Shown here: one piece after another, positions 50,681 to 62,590 of the stretch
Position numbering within the stretch: position 1 is the first letter of the stretch
Layout: every line of letters starts with the position of its first letter
Notes under the pieces: generated by a model
Seen by the model: the letters and a program-made list of their open reading frames with translations, nothing else
Told to the model about the DNA's origin: nothing
Databases searched by the model: none
Translations under genes and position numbers: made by a program
Source of the DNA: Raja brachyura
Lineage: Eukaryota
Length of the DNA stretch: 64,000 bases
Direction of reading: 5' to 3'
Assembly (NCBI GenBank): GCA_963514005.1
Contig: OY740802.1
Span: 15,314,001 to 15,378,000, forward strand

Positions 50681-51344
50681 AATGCTATTCATTGCAGAGA
50701 AAGCGAACAGTGTCTGGACCAGGAGCTGGAGGTGTTCTACACATGAAGCTGACCTGGAAGCTGTAAGGAATATCACGACACACAGCTGCTCCGGTGAATG
50801 GGAAATCAACTTTATTCACAGAGCTCAAGAATGCACAATAATTGTCTGCACCAGTCCCTCTCTCTTACAAGGAAAGATGTTGCAAGGATGAAGATAGAGT
50901 GCAGCAGCAACTTACCAGAAGAGGAAATATACAATTGTATTTCCATATCTTGTGGGGGAGAAAGTGTTGGCAATCACTGGGATGCCTATTGGTATGACTT
51001 GACCACTAGATGAATTGAACATCCTATTAAATCCTAATCATATCCCACCTTTCCCTCCTTACACCCTCCCTTCTGATTTACTAGCTGCAGATGGTGGAAG
51101 CTCATAGGTCCTACCTCCCACCTTCTTTGCACCATGTACTTCCCTTTGACTCTTCAAAATAAAATCAGACACCTTGGACTGCAAAGCAAAATGATAAAGG
51201 CAAAAGAAGACACCTTTACTTAATTTCATTATCACAAAGACCAATTTTCACTATTACCAAACAAAGTGCCTGTTGAAAGTTCAGACAAAGGGTAGAACCT
51301 TATGTCTTGACTCTCCAAAAACGTGGCCTGCTTCTAATATAAGA

Positions 51345-51600
51345 GGAAAGCTTTACACTCAGAGAGTTGGGAATTTGTGGAATTCTCTGCCACGGAAGGC
51401 AGTGGAGGCCAATTCACTGGATGAATTTAAAATAGAGTTAGATAGAGCTCTTGGGACTAGCTGAATCAAGGGGTATGGGGAGAAGGCAGGCAAGGGTTAC
51501 TGATTGTGGATGAACAGTCATGATTACAATGAATGGCGGTGCTGGCTCAAAGGGCCGAATGGCTTCCTCCTGCACCTATTTTTCATGATTCCATGTTTCA
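51345..51600 (+). mobile_element. Young CR1 3' end
   Basis: Peptide YTQRVGNLWNSLPRKAVEANSLDEFKIELD plus 3'UTR gaatggcggtgctggctc. Confidence 0.9.
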
Positions 51601-51756
51601 TACATACCACCTTGCTAGGTGGCAAGGAGGTTGCGGAGGAACATTGCTACAGAAGTTTATAGATGAAATGTTGAACGGATTGTGAGAAGCCTACAGGAAT
51701 TGTCAAGGAGCATCCAGGAATTTGACACTAAGCTGACAGATTTTTTCTATTTTTGC

Positions 51757-51877
51757 AGGAAGGAACTGCAGGTGCTGGTTTAGACCGGATAGACACAAAA
51801 TGCTGGCGTAACTCAGCTGATCAGGCAACATCTCTGGAGAAAAGGAATAGGTGACGTTTCGGGTCAAGACCCTTCAG
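51757..51877 (-). mobile_element. Penelope-like element half
   Basis: aggaaggaactgcaggtgctgg...gacacaaaatgctgg...gtgacgtttcgggtcaagacccttc. Confidence 0.75.
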
Positions 51878-52377
51878 AGTTTTTCAGTTTGTTGTCCATC
51901 TCTATTTGTGACAAATGATCGAAGGAGTCAGTTATTAGTCAACTGGAGTGATATACAAGTGATTGCATGATAATTTTCTTAAAGTTCAGATTTATTTAAT
52001 TGCAACTATTTAAATTCTCCAACATTCGTGGTGGATTTTGAACTTTTGTATCTGAACGAATGGCTCAGAACTGGCAGATTGTCTAGCAATTTAACCACTA
52101 TGTAACAATCTCATGCAGAGATCATAGCTCATCCTTTCCAGTAGTGGCCAACATTGTTTGCATATTTGGGAGCTCAGATGTCATCCAGAACCTGATGGCC
52201 AACATCACAGCTTCTGTTTCAAATGCAAGCAGAAATAACCCAGTGCCTTGATGCTGGAGTACAAGTTAGGACTCCTGCAAAGAAAACCCAGATTTCCAAC
52301 TTCACAGATTAAAATGCTCGAATGAACCAGTGCGGTTTCACACAACCCACCAACCCTCTTCCATCAGATTATCTGGA

Positions 52378-52472
52378 CTGAAGAAGGGACTCGACCCAAA
52401 ACGTCACCCATTCCTACTCTCCAGAGATGCTGCCTGTCCCGCTGAGATATTCCAGCATTTTGTGTCTACCTT
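52378..52472 (+). mobile_element. Penelope-like element half
   Basis: ctgaagaagggactcgacccaaaacgtc. 15-bp TSD agattatctggactg/agattaactggactg (52366-80/52473-87). Confidence 0.75.
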
Positions 52473-52559
52473 AGATTAACTGGACTGTTGACTTACACTG
52501 ACACTCTAACTTCTGTGGTGGTGGCTAGCGGTGACATTGAATACATCAAAGATGCTGAT

Positions 52560-53191
52560 ATGTCGCGCGGAGGTCGAGTGATCCCCGTACAGGTCCGGTC
52601 CCACCAGCATGCGCCTGCATGCGGCGAGCGCGACCAAACCGGAAGCGGGGGCCGCGCGAAGGTCGGGTGAGTGACGCGAAGTTGGAGCGAAGTCCGCGGT
52701 AAGTTCGCAAGGACAGAGAGGGACACGGCGGCACACACAGAGAGGGTCAAGGAGGCACACACAGAGAGGGACACAGAGGCACACACAGAGAGGGACACGG
52801 AAGCTCACACAGAGAGGGATACGGAGGCACACGCAGAGAGGGTCACGGAGGCACACAGAGAGGGACACGGAGGCACACAGAGAGGGACACACAGAGAAGG
52901 ACACACAGGCACGCAGAGAGGGCAACAGGGCACACAGAGAGGGACACGGAGGCATGACGTGAGGCGGTGAGTACGGTGTCGAGGCGGCTACGGGCCGACA
53001 GGCCGTTGCCGCGCGGAATTTTTGAACACGGTCAGTTATTCGGAGCCCCGCGCGATGTCGGGACCAGCTCCGCACAACTCCATATGGCTCCGGCGATCGA
53101 AGTGGGACCGGCCCCGCGAGGCCGTATGGCTCAAGTGACCATGTTAGGTCGCGCTTGCCGCATGGAGTCGCATGCTGGTGGGACAGGCCCT
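52560..53191 (-). mobile_element. CpG-rich Harbinger-type MITE with ~22-bp minisatellite, left end truncated
   Basis: GTGGGACAGGCCCT+TAA right end, (gcacacacagagagggacacggag)-like array at 52710-52955, homologous to 34756-35304. Confidence 0.8.
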
Positions 53192-53450
53192 TAACATTCA
53201 ACTAATATGCTTGCCGTTAACTGTCAACCAATTAAGCTAGGTTGTTGCTACCCAAGACGGATGCTCCACCTCACAGCCAGAATAGCTTGAGGGCATCTTT
53301 CAACCAAACTACTGTATGTTCTGTTGAAAGCCATTGTCCTTCTACCAGCCATGTTGGTGTTTTGGGTTTGCAGTGGGTAGGACCGCTAGGGTAGGAAAGA
53401 CTCATGGAGAATGGTACCAAGGAAAATCACATTATGCCTTTTATATTAAA

Positions 53451-53672
53451 GGTAGACAAAAATGCTGGAGAAACTCAGTGGGTGCGGCAGCATTTATGGA
53501 GCGAAGGAATAGGTGACGTTTCGGGTCGAGACCCTTTTTCAGTCTGAAGAAGGGTCTCGACCAGAAACGTCACCTATTCCTTCGCTCCATAGGAGCTGCC
53601 TCACCCGCTTAGTTTCCCAAGCATTTTTGTCTACCTTCGATTTTTCCTGCATCTGCAGTTCCTTCTTAAACT
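53451..53672. mobile_element. Complete Penelope-like fold-back element
   Basis: Arms about 90 bp centred on ttcagtctgaa. TSD ttttatattaaa (53439-50/53673-84). Core CTGAAGA...GAAACGTC at 53544-53571. Confidence 0.85.
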
Positions 53673-54687
53673 TTTTATATTAAATGTAGCATGATTTCAA
53701 TTTTACCTTTAGCTTTGAATGTTTATTTGAGGTCAAGCAGATGCTATGCACATTAATGAAAAGATAAGTTACGGATTTGGTAATGAATGGGAATTGAAGT
53801 GCTAGCAGGAATCGCACTTGGATGAAATTCTTTGCAAATAACCTGGGAACAGAATGGCTATCTGTATTGCCTGGATTGTTCTTCAGCTGCTTGTCTTACA
53901 GCAAGTGGGAAGGTCTGTGTCCTCAAGATGACAAGGTTGTCCAGTATGTAGCAGGCCACCAGAAAACTTGACAGCTGCTCTGCTGCTCTCTCCAGTCAGA
54001 AGACATCAAGTGTAGAAAATCAATGCTGTCCATTGCCAGGCACAGACATAATGCCCGGCTGTGGTCAAAAGTCAATGGAGAAGATACAATTTCAGAAACA
54101 GGGTTAAGACCAAGAGACTGTAAATGGCACCGAACCTTATAACCAATGAAACAGCAGCCATTCCCCATCTGCTCGTTGCCCCAATGAAACAAACTGTTCT
54201 TTGCATCAAAAGGAAGGTCATAAAGCAACAATATGTCAATACAAATACGGAGCAACTTAGCATATCAGATTGACCGATGCCATTCTTGCAGTGAGGGACG
54301 ATACTGTGCTGAGCTCCATCCAAGGAGAAGATGGAGTGTGCCTGGCTGCCTGTGTGGGCTGATGTTGAAGGGGCCGGGGATGTGGCACATCTGCTAAGCA
54401 CAGAGGAACAGGGCTCAGGCCTACACCTTGGACAGGTTATTGCTAGAAATTGTCATTGCATGCTCCATGCATTGATAGATCAGCCATGTCCTTTGGTCTC
54501 TCTCATCATCTTCTCCTTGGATGTGATGGAAGCTATTGTCTCTCCTTCATTTGACATAGCAACCCCCCACAGCACAAACATAATGGTCAATGATTTATGT
54601 TGATTTTTTTACCATTGGGAAATCTCCAGGTTGGGAAGAACAATGCAGATTTTCTGATGACGGTTTCAAAAACTGCTTGGTAACATA

Positions 54688-54880
54688 ACACACTAGGGAC
54701 AATTTACAGAAGCCAAATATCCTACAAACCTGCATGTCTTTGGAGTGCGAGAGCAGCCTGGAGCATCCAGAGAAAACACACGCAGTCACAGGGAGAACAT
54801 ACAAACTCCGTACAGACAGCACCCATAGCCACCTGGATCTCTGGTACTATAAGGCTACCACTTATTCTCCCAATGCGCCA
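54688..54880 (-). mobile_element. HE1/V-SINE fragment
   Basis: cactagggacaatttacagaagcc...gtcacagggagaacatacaaactccgtacagacagcaccc. Confidence 0.85.
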
Positions 54881-57319
54881 TTGTTTAAGAGAAAGCATTA
54901 ACATAAGATCATTGTGCTCCGAAACAGGCAACAAGATCAGCCGACCTATCAATATCAACTCTGAGGACTCATTTAATACCCCAAAAATGAAAAAGTGTGG
55001 GTTCAGTTTCATAGCTTATTCAGATTGTGGTAACTGATGCTAATAACAACTCCAGTTCTTATAATTATATTTTTGATCAGTTGTAAAGATGCTACATGTA
55101 CAGAAATATGTACCTCGGAACCATGGTAGTGCTGGAAAACCTAAAGCTAAGATGCACAGAATTTATCTCACCTTGGACATATATATTGCAAGGTAATGGA
55201 TCCCTTTAATTTGGAATTGGGACCAAATGCTAGAACAATTTTTTCCCCAATGAAATATTTAACCAGGCTGCATACATTGCAAAAACATTTTCTTTGTAGC
55301 AAATGTATTTTGGAAATAAAATAGATATTTTTGTTGTTTGAGATAGATATTTTTGTTGTTTGTGTTATTGATAAAAAGGCTTGTTCGTCATGCAGACTTG
55401 TTGGACAAAAAAAAGTGTTTTTTGTTGCAACAAAAACAGTGCAATTAATCAATTTTGAAATCTCTGTAACATATATTCAATAATGCTATTCTTGAAGAGT
55501 AAGAATTAATTTCCAGTGAAGTACCCGAAAAAATATTGCTCGGCCAGACATTTTAAACAGTGTTTGTTTCTATATTTCCTTTAAATTATTCTGAATCCAA
55601 AATCTTTTTTTTTAGTTCCTTACCTCAGTTTGCAAATAGAAATGCTTTCCACAGCTGCAGTTTCTGGACTAATCTGTGGTTATCGAAGAAGCAATATCTA
55701 TCCATGCGGAAATGCTGTCACAGAAGTAAGTCTTAATTGCAACATTTGACTTTAGGTAGCTTTGTTGATGGTGTTGAAAGGGGATGGTAAAAGGCTCTTT
55801 GAAAAGATTGCCTCCTTGTAATTTCTTCCTGATATTATTCAGTGCTCACATCTGCTCAGCAATAAGCAGTGAAAGAAATAGAGTTGATAAGAAAGCCAGG
55901 TCTTCGTGACCAGAGTGTGGTGACCCTTCAGTTTGCTTCAGTCCAGATGTGATTATTCATCGGCTTGTTCTATCTGGTGACTTTCCAGCACAAACACTCA
56001 ATCCAGTCTATGATAAAAGATGAAATGTATAATTATGATTTACACGTATTTTAAAAGAGACTTTTCTTAAATTGGACCCTGGGCTTCGATTTTCTCAGGG
56101 TGGGCGTTAAAGTCTAAATTTTCCACTTTCACTGGAATAATAAATGTGCTGACCACTGATTTAGTTGCCCGGTAGCAAATATAAAAAATAATGACTTTAA
56201 TGAGCTAGAAATGAGCCACATGACCTTTATAAATGAGTCTGGTGGTATTAACTCTTGTTCAGCATTTAAAGTAGAGGATTACAAAGGAAACAAGGATTCC
56301 CCATTGTAGGAAAACTCAGGCAGATAAAAAAAAATCCCAGGACTGAGAGACACCATTATATTTGAACAGCAGAAATCCATATGCCTTGACTCATGATGTT
56401 TATCCAATTTGACATGGAAAACATCTAATCTCATTACCTCTGCAACTTCTCTTGCAAATAAATTAATCCAGTGTTTGACCAATTCTCAAAAAAGTCAAGC
56501 ACTTTCCATCTCACCTTAATCTACCATTTTTTTGACTTTGTCTTTGTGCCTCCAATTATATTACATCTTAACATGCTATATCTTTTTTTGAGAGGATTGG
56601 CTTAATTTCATTAACTTGAATGTTATCCATTCTCACTCTGATATTCACCTCTGTTACATTTTTGACAGCATCCCACAATCAATCCTTACCATATATATCT
56701 AAATATTTTGATTTGCAGCTTATTGAGATGAAGCTGTTGACACACTTTTCCAGATCATTTATTGGCAAGGTTGATCATAACATCAAGGCCAATGTGAACT
56801 TGAATCCTCACCTTTAACCAACCAGAAAAAAATACACCATTCATCAGACTTACTGATTCCCATCACATGGTCATTATTTTATCCCATCATGTTTTGTCGA
56901 CACAATATTTGCAGATTTCTCCATGAGATATATCATCAAAATTGAATGTAAAAGGCATTATATGTGAAGAATGTGAAGGATATTATAAATCCGGAAACGC
57001 TCAGAAGGTCATAGTCTTAGAGTTTTACAACACGAAAGCAGGCCCTTCAGCCCAACATCCATGCCGACCAAGATACCCCATATTATAAATATCCTTCACA
57101 TCCTCATCACAAATAAAGATGCTTTACAACTAATGAGTTACTTTTAGCAGATTTTTCTAATTACAATGCAGGAAACACCAACGTTGATTTAGATTTAGCA
57201 AGATCTCACAACGTACAATGTGAAAACTAGACAATCTGTTCTCTGGTGTTGAACGTTAAAAAATGCAAATGTTGCAAATTTGAAGTAAAAGCCAAGAATG
57301 CTGGAAACGTTCAGAAGGT

Positions 57320-57725
57320 CATAGTCTTAGTTTTACAACATGAAAGCAGGCTCTTCAGCCCAACATCCATGCCAAGCAAGATACCCCATGTAAGCTAGTC
57401 CCATTTGCCTGTGTTTGGCCCATCTCCTTTGAAACCTTCATTATACCTTTCAATGTATCTGTCCAAGTGCCCTTTAAATGCTGTTATAGTATCTGCCTCA
57501 ACTACCTCCTTTGGCAGCTAGTTCCATGTACTCACCACTCCCAGAGTAAAAATGTTGCCGTTCATATTAAATCTTGTCCCTCTCACCTTCAACATCTGTC
57601 CTCTTGTTTTTGATTCCCTTACATCTGTGGATTCACCATATCTATACCTCTCGTGATTTTATACACCTCTAGAACATCACCTCTCCGCCTCCTGTGCTCT
57701 AAGGAATAAAGTCCTAGACTGCCCT
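57320..57725 (-). mobile_element. CR1 3' end inserted in an older fold-back element (57260-57320 and 57725-57850)
   Basis: CR1 3'UTR and ORF end (gcctcaactacctcctttggcagc). Flanks aatgctggaaacgttcagaaggtca and ttccacagatgttgtct. Confidence 0.75.
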
Positions 57726-58244
57726 GTAGAAAGGGAAACAAACTTTCCTTTCAGATTGAAAACCTTTCATCAGAATCGACCAGAGCCATTAACTCCGTTT
57801 TACTTTCCACAGATGTTGTCTAGCCTTCTGAGTTTTTATTTTTTTTATTTCTGCTTTCTCATGTTGTTAAGGAAACTAGGATGTCCAAGAAGCGATGGAA
57901 AACCACATCCTATTTCAGTTTAGTGTTGTTCATTTTAAGAAAGCGGGTGGGTTTTGATTTTGAAAGATAGTGCCTTTGTTAGCATTACGTTCTTTCAACG
58001 CATTTGCCACCTCAAAACCTATCATACTGGAGTGGAAGCAAGGGACATCCTTGGAAGAACTTTATTTTACCAATTATTTTCCTTATCTTGGATCAGTTAT
58101 CCTGATGCCACCCATGTATAAGTACGGCAGAATTAAAGGAGTTACTTCATTTTAAGTCAAAATCTTCACTCCTCATACCATGCTTCTTGGAAGCTGGTAG
58201 TCCTATATTCTCGTGTTGTTTTCAGGCATATTTAGGCCACTGAT

Positions 58245-58445
58245 CAATCGATACCTTATTGTCGCATGTGATGTGCCACAGTGAAATTCTTTGTTTTGCA
58301 TACCATATACACGGTATGCAAAGAGTCACCACGAAGAGGGCACAAATAATTAATTATAGTCCCCAATGGCCCCGCTTTGTTCTTGACATCCCCTCCCTCC
58401 CCCTCCCTCCCTCCCCCCCCTCCCCCCCCTCCCCCCCCCCCACTG
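58245..58445 (-). mobile_element. Rex1-type 3' tail with poly-C tract
   Basis: ttattgtcgcatgtg...cacagtgaaattc, with a C-rich run at 58389-58441. Confidence 0.55.
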
Positions 58446-59229
58446 ATTCCCTACCAATTTACTTAACGTAGTTAGTAACAACAAAAAGAATGCATCAAAT
58501 ATTTCAGTTCTAAAATGTTTCCCTATGATTGTGCATACTGTGCAGTAGAGGGTGCAGAGAGTCGCAATCAGTAATTTTATTACCCTTCATAATGGGGCAG
58601 TGTATTTTCTTTCCTGTATTGCACAGAGTCAGATGGACATAACTTAACATTAATGGTTATGATTTGAGAATAACTTACTCTTTAAAAGAAAACATATTAA
58701 AAATGCTTTGGAAAATATATTGCCTTAAAACCTCATCTCCCTTCGAGGAACAAGCTTTCTAAACAGTGCTTTGCAAAAAAACTCAGTCTTATTAGCCAGG
58801 ACAGTGACACTTCCTTCGTTGTAAATTAGTGAAAGAAACATTCAATATTCTGTCCATGTTCTTCCCTCAGTAATTATTTTTTCACAGTAACGTCTATAGC
58901 CAAAAAAAAAAACATACTGTTGAATTCTGGCTAGACCTATCTACAAAAGAGAGCAGATGACCAACCAGATTCACTGTCAGGCATGATAGCAACACGGGAC
59001 AGTATCCAGCTTCCGGCATGTTCATCTTGCAACTGTCTGACAGAAACAGTAATTTAACAGCAGTATATTTATTGGGAGAGATGGGGGTTGTATACATGAG
59101 GAGATGGATCAGGCACAGATATTCCCAGTTTGTGGTGGCTGTTCGTGCCTGATGCCTCAAGCTCCAGAGACACAGCTTCATTCTTGACCTCGGGCTCTTT
59201 TTGTGCATGAGTTTGCATGTTCTCGCTAT

Positions 59230-59556
59230 GACTGAGAAAGGAATAGATTGGATAGATGCACAGAGTCTCTTGCCCAGAGAAGGTGAATCGAGGACCAGAG
59301 GACATAGGTTTACGGTGAAGGGCGATAATATTTAATGGTAACTTTTTCGCACATATGGTGATGGGTGTATGGAACATGCTGCCAGAGGAGGTTGGGGCAG
59401 GGACTATCCCAACATTTAAGAAACAGTTAGACAGGTACATGGATAGGATAGGTTTGGAGGGATATGGGCCAAACACGGGCAGGTGGGACATGTGTGACTG
59501 GGACATGTTGGCCAGTGTGGGCAACTTGGGCCGAAGAGCCTGTATCCATGCTGTCT
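59230..59556 (+). mobile_element. CR1 3' end (tail resumes at about 60340-60370)
   Basis: VMGVWNMLPEEVGAGTIPTFKKQLDRYMDR plus 3'UTR. ctctatgactct tail follows the insertion. Confidence 0.9.
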
Positions 59557-60335
59557 CGTTTTGAGTGCAGTTATAGTGTGTTTTTTTAGCTGGGTATGTG
59601 TGGGGGGTGGGGGGCGGAGTGGGGGAAACTTTTAAAATCTTTTCCCTGTACGGAGGACCCGACCTTTTCTCTGTCGGGTCTCTGTTGTCGTTGGGGCCTA
59701 GCACCGTGGAGTGGCCTCCAACCGGACCTGGGGCTCCAGTCGCGGAGCTGCGGACTTACCGTCGTGGAGCTGGCTGAGTTCTGAATGAGAGGAGCTGTGG
59801 TGGCGTGCTGCTGCTACTCGACCCCGGAGATTCGGAGGCTCCAGCTGCAGGCCGGAGAACGGTGACACCGGGAGCTCGCGGGTCCCTGGTGGGAGACCGC
59901 TTTTCGGAGCTCCCGCAATGGCAACTTCTCCCGCCCGTGATGCGGGGAGGAAAATTACCTGGAGCGGGGCCTTACATCGCCCGGCGCGGCTTTAATGGCC
60001 GTGGGACTTGCTAGGGCCCGCTGGGGGCTCCAACATCAAAACCTGAAGTGGGGCCTTACATCGCCCGGCGCGGTCTTAATGGCCGCGGGACTTATTTACC
60101 ATCGCCCGCCGGGGGCTCTGACTCTGACATCGGGAGGAGAATGGGGAGTGCAGGGGAAAGATAAGACTTTGCCTTCCATCACAGTGAGGAGGAGATTCAC
60201 TGTGATGGATGTTTGTGTAAATTGTGTTGTGTCTTGGTTTTATTATCTTCTTGTTTGTATGACTGCAGAAACTAAATTTAGTTTGAACCTCAATGAGGTT
60301 CAAATGACAATAAACGGTATTGTATTGTATTGTAA
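59557..60335 (+). mobile_element. GC-rich non-coding retroelement with a Rex1/Babar-type 3' end
   Basis: Ends aaatttagtt-hairpin-tgacaataaa + (ttgta)n and splits a CR1 tail. Confidence 0.65.
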
Positions 60336-60369
60336 TGTATTATATCCCTCTATGACTCTCTGACTCTAT

Positions 60370-60630
60370 GTGTGGGGTTTTTATTGGGTGTTCCTGGTTA
60401 CTCCCCTATTCCAAAGATGTTCTGGTAGGTTAATTGTCTCCTGTAAATGACTCCCCAGTGAATTGAATGGGGAAAAAGTATCCAAAAGGGATTTGATGGG
60501 CATGTGTGAGAGAATACATGCTGCTGGGATACAGGGAATTAAGGAGAGGGGGAATGTGACCAGTGGAGGTAATCCTCTGGGAGCTGACATGAACTCAGTG
60601 GGCAAATAACCTCCTTCTCTGCCGTTATAA
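60370..60630 (+). mobile_element. Degenerate V-SINE
   Basis: gtggggtttt...ctcccctattccaaagatgt...ggtaggttaattg. Confidence 0.55.
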
Positions 60631-61554
60631 GACAAGATGTGATAATGAAATTATGAAGCTCTAAAAGATAAAGAAGATAATTACATGCTCTTATACAGAT
60701 CATCAGGGTTTATAATCCCTCATGCTGACTAAAAATGATGAACTAACTGACAATGTATTTCTGAATGAAATATTCAGTTTTCCATTGCAGTCTTGTCGAT
60801 TCAATTATGTGAAATGTATGCATTTCCTAAGGTAGCCTCATGCAGATTGGTGATAATTACAGAAATTTGTGGGATAGTTAGGGAAAAAAAGTCATGATAA
60901 ATTCAGTGACCTTTTCACCCAGCGTCTTTCAAACCAAACATTTCTTCCATCCGCCTAAAAGTAATGTCAATTATATCTTCCCAGATAAGTGACAAACACT
61001 GATAGTTATTGAGGCTATTTCTTGCTCATGGTGAAAAATATTCTGATCCATTTCAGGATGATCTGGATCAGATTAATGGTCCTGATCTTTTGTCGTATGT
61101 TTTATCATAAAAAGGGCAAAATTTTTCCAGCGACTCTGTATTATATCAAGCAGGGAGAAATCATTCTAAAATTATAAAGAGGAGCGCTGTTAGGAAAACA
61201 TATTTGTACAATAATATTTTTTAAATTTAATAATCACAGTTCACTCTGCTCATATGTTATCCCCCAGCCAAAGCATTGCCAATTATTAATTCCCACCTAG
61301 CAGTTTGCTCAAATATTTGTGAGTTGTTTTCTAAAATAGAAAGCACATTGTCTGCCATTATTCTGCAATTTTTCCATCAGATCCTCTTCCTGTATAGTTA
61401 CTAGCTACGATAGGACATAGATTAGTAAAAATCATCAGAAAAATTAAGATTTTCTTGAGTAATGCTTTTAAGTGATTCAAGTAATAAAAAGACTGATTTG
61501 GAAATGTGTTTGTTTAGAATTCCTTCCACTGTCCCAAAGTACTTTACAACTAAC

Positions 61555-62250
61555 AGTGTATTGTGAATTTATGGAATTCCCTGCCACAGAGGGCAGTGGA
61601 GGCCAAGTCACTGGATGGATTTAAGTTAGATAGAGCTTTAGGTGCTAGTGGAGTCAAGGAATATGGGGAGAAGGCAGGCACGGGTTATTGATAGGGGACG
61701 ATCAGCCATGATCACAATGAATGGCGGTGCTGGCTCGAAGGGCCGAATGGCCTCCTCCTGCACCTATTTTCTATGCTTCTATGTTTTTGAAATGATTTTA
61801 TTGATGTAATTTGGTTAGGCAGGATTTGGAGTATTATGTGCAGTTCTGGTCGCCCCCTTATAGGAAGCTTGTGAAGGCGTTGGTGAGGGTTGAGAAGAGG
61901 TTCACCAGGATGCTTCCTGGATTACAGAGTATTAGTTATAAGGAGAGGATGGACAAACATGGATTGTTGTCTCCGGACCATCGGAGGTTGAAATATATAA
62001 CTTTATGAGAGGCACGGATAAAGGCTTATAGAGGATAGACTAGTTATTTTAACACCGAGAACGTGGTGGGTGCGTGATAGTGCTTCCAGAAAGGGTGATG
62101 CAAACAGATACAATAACAACATTGAAGAGACATTTAGACAGATAGAGGAATAGGGAGTGAATTGAGAAATATAGAGGGATGTGCAGTTTAAATAGGCATT
62201 AGCACAAACATTGCATGTCGAAGGGCCTGTTCTGTTATATGTTCTATGTT
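61555..62250 (+). mobile_element. Two CR1 fragments (61555-61785 young 3' end, 61810-62250 older)
   Basis: VRQDLEYYVQFWSPPYRK...RVEKRFTRMLPGL and a 3'UTR as at 33400. Confidence 0.9.
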
Positions 62251-62269
62251 CCAATTTAGGCAATGGAGC

Positions 62270-62590
62270 AACTATTTTCTATGTAGCATACTACTGGAGA
62301 CAGCAAAGTGACAATGATCAAACAATATCTTTCTGCAACACTGATTGAGGGATAACTATTGATCTGGGTACCAGGGTTAACTTCTCTGCTCCTTTACTAT
62401 AGGAGCTACAATAATCATTTGAACCAGCAGATGATTGGTACAATATCTTCCCTGTATAATAACCCCCCCAACAATGCAGCACTCCTATAATGCTCGATTT
62501 TAACATTGAAAAGAGTGGGGATGAGCCTCAGAATCTTCTGACACAAGGGGTAAGAGAGCTACCACTTTTGAGTGTGCACAAAGCACGACT
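62270..62590 (-). mobile_element. DeuSINE/SacSINE1-like remnant
   Basis: tgattgagggataactattg...caatgcagcactcc...cttctgacacaaggggtaagagagctaccact (reverse-complement tRNA-like head). Confidence 0.6.

Noticed and set aside
52710-52955. Regularly spaced ~22-bp repeats resembling a CRISPR array
   Set aside because: Tandem minisatellite without unique spacers, in eukaryotic DNA with no cas genes.
52506-53201. 231-aa ORF, the longest in the window
   Set aside because: Runs through a GC-rich MITE and its minisatellite. Low complexity with no transposase motifs.
55321-55362. Short tandem duplications (also 10440-10459 and 16873-16902)
   Set aside because: Ordinary slippage duplications of 10-22 bp.
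59069-59704. 211-aa minus-strand ORF
   Set aside because: Antisense read-through across a CR1 3' end and the adjacent insertion.
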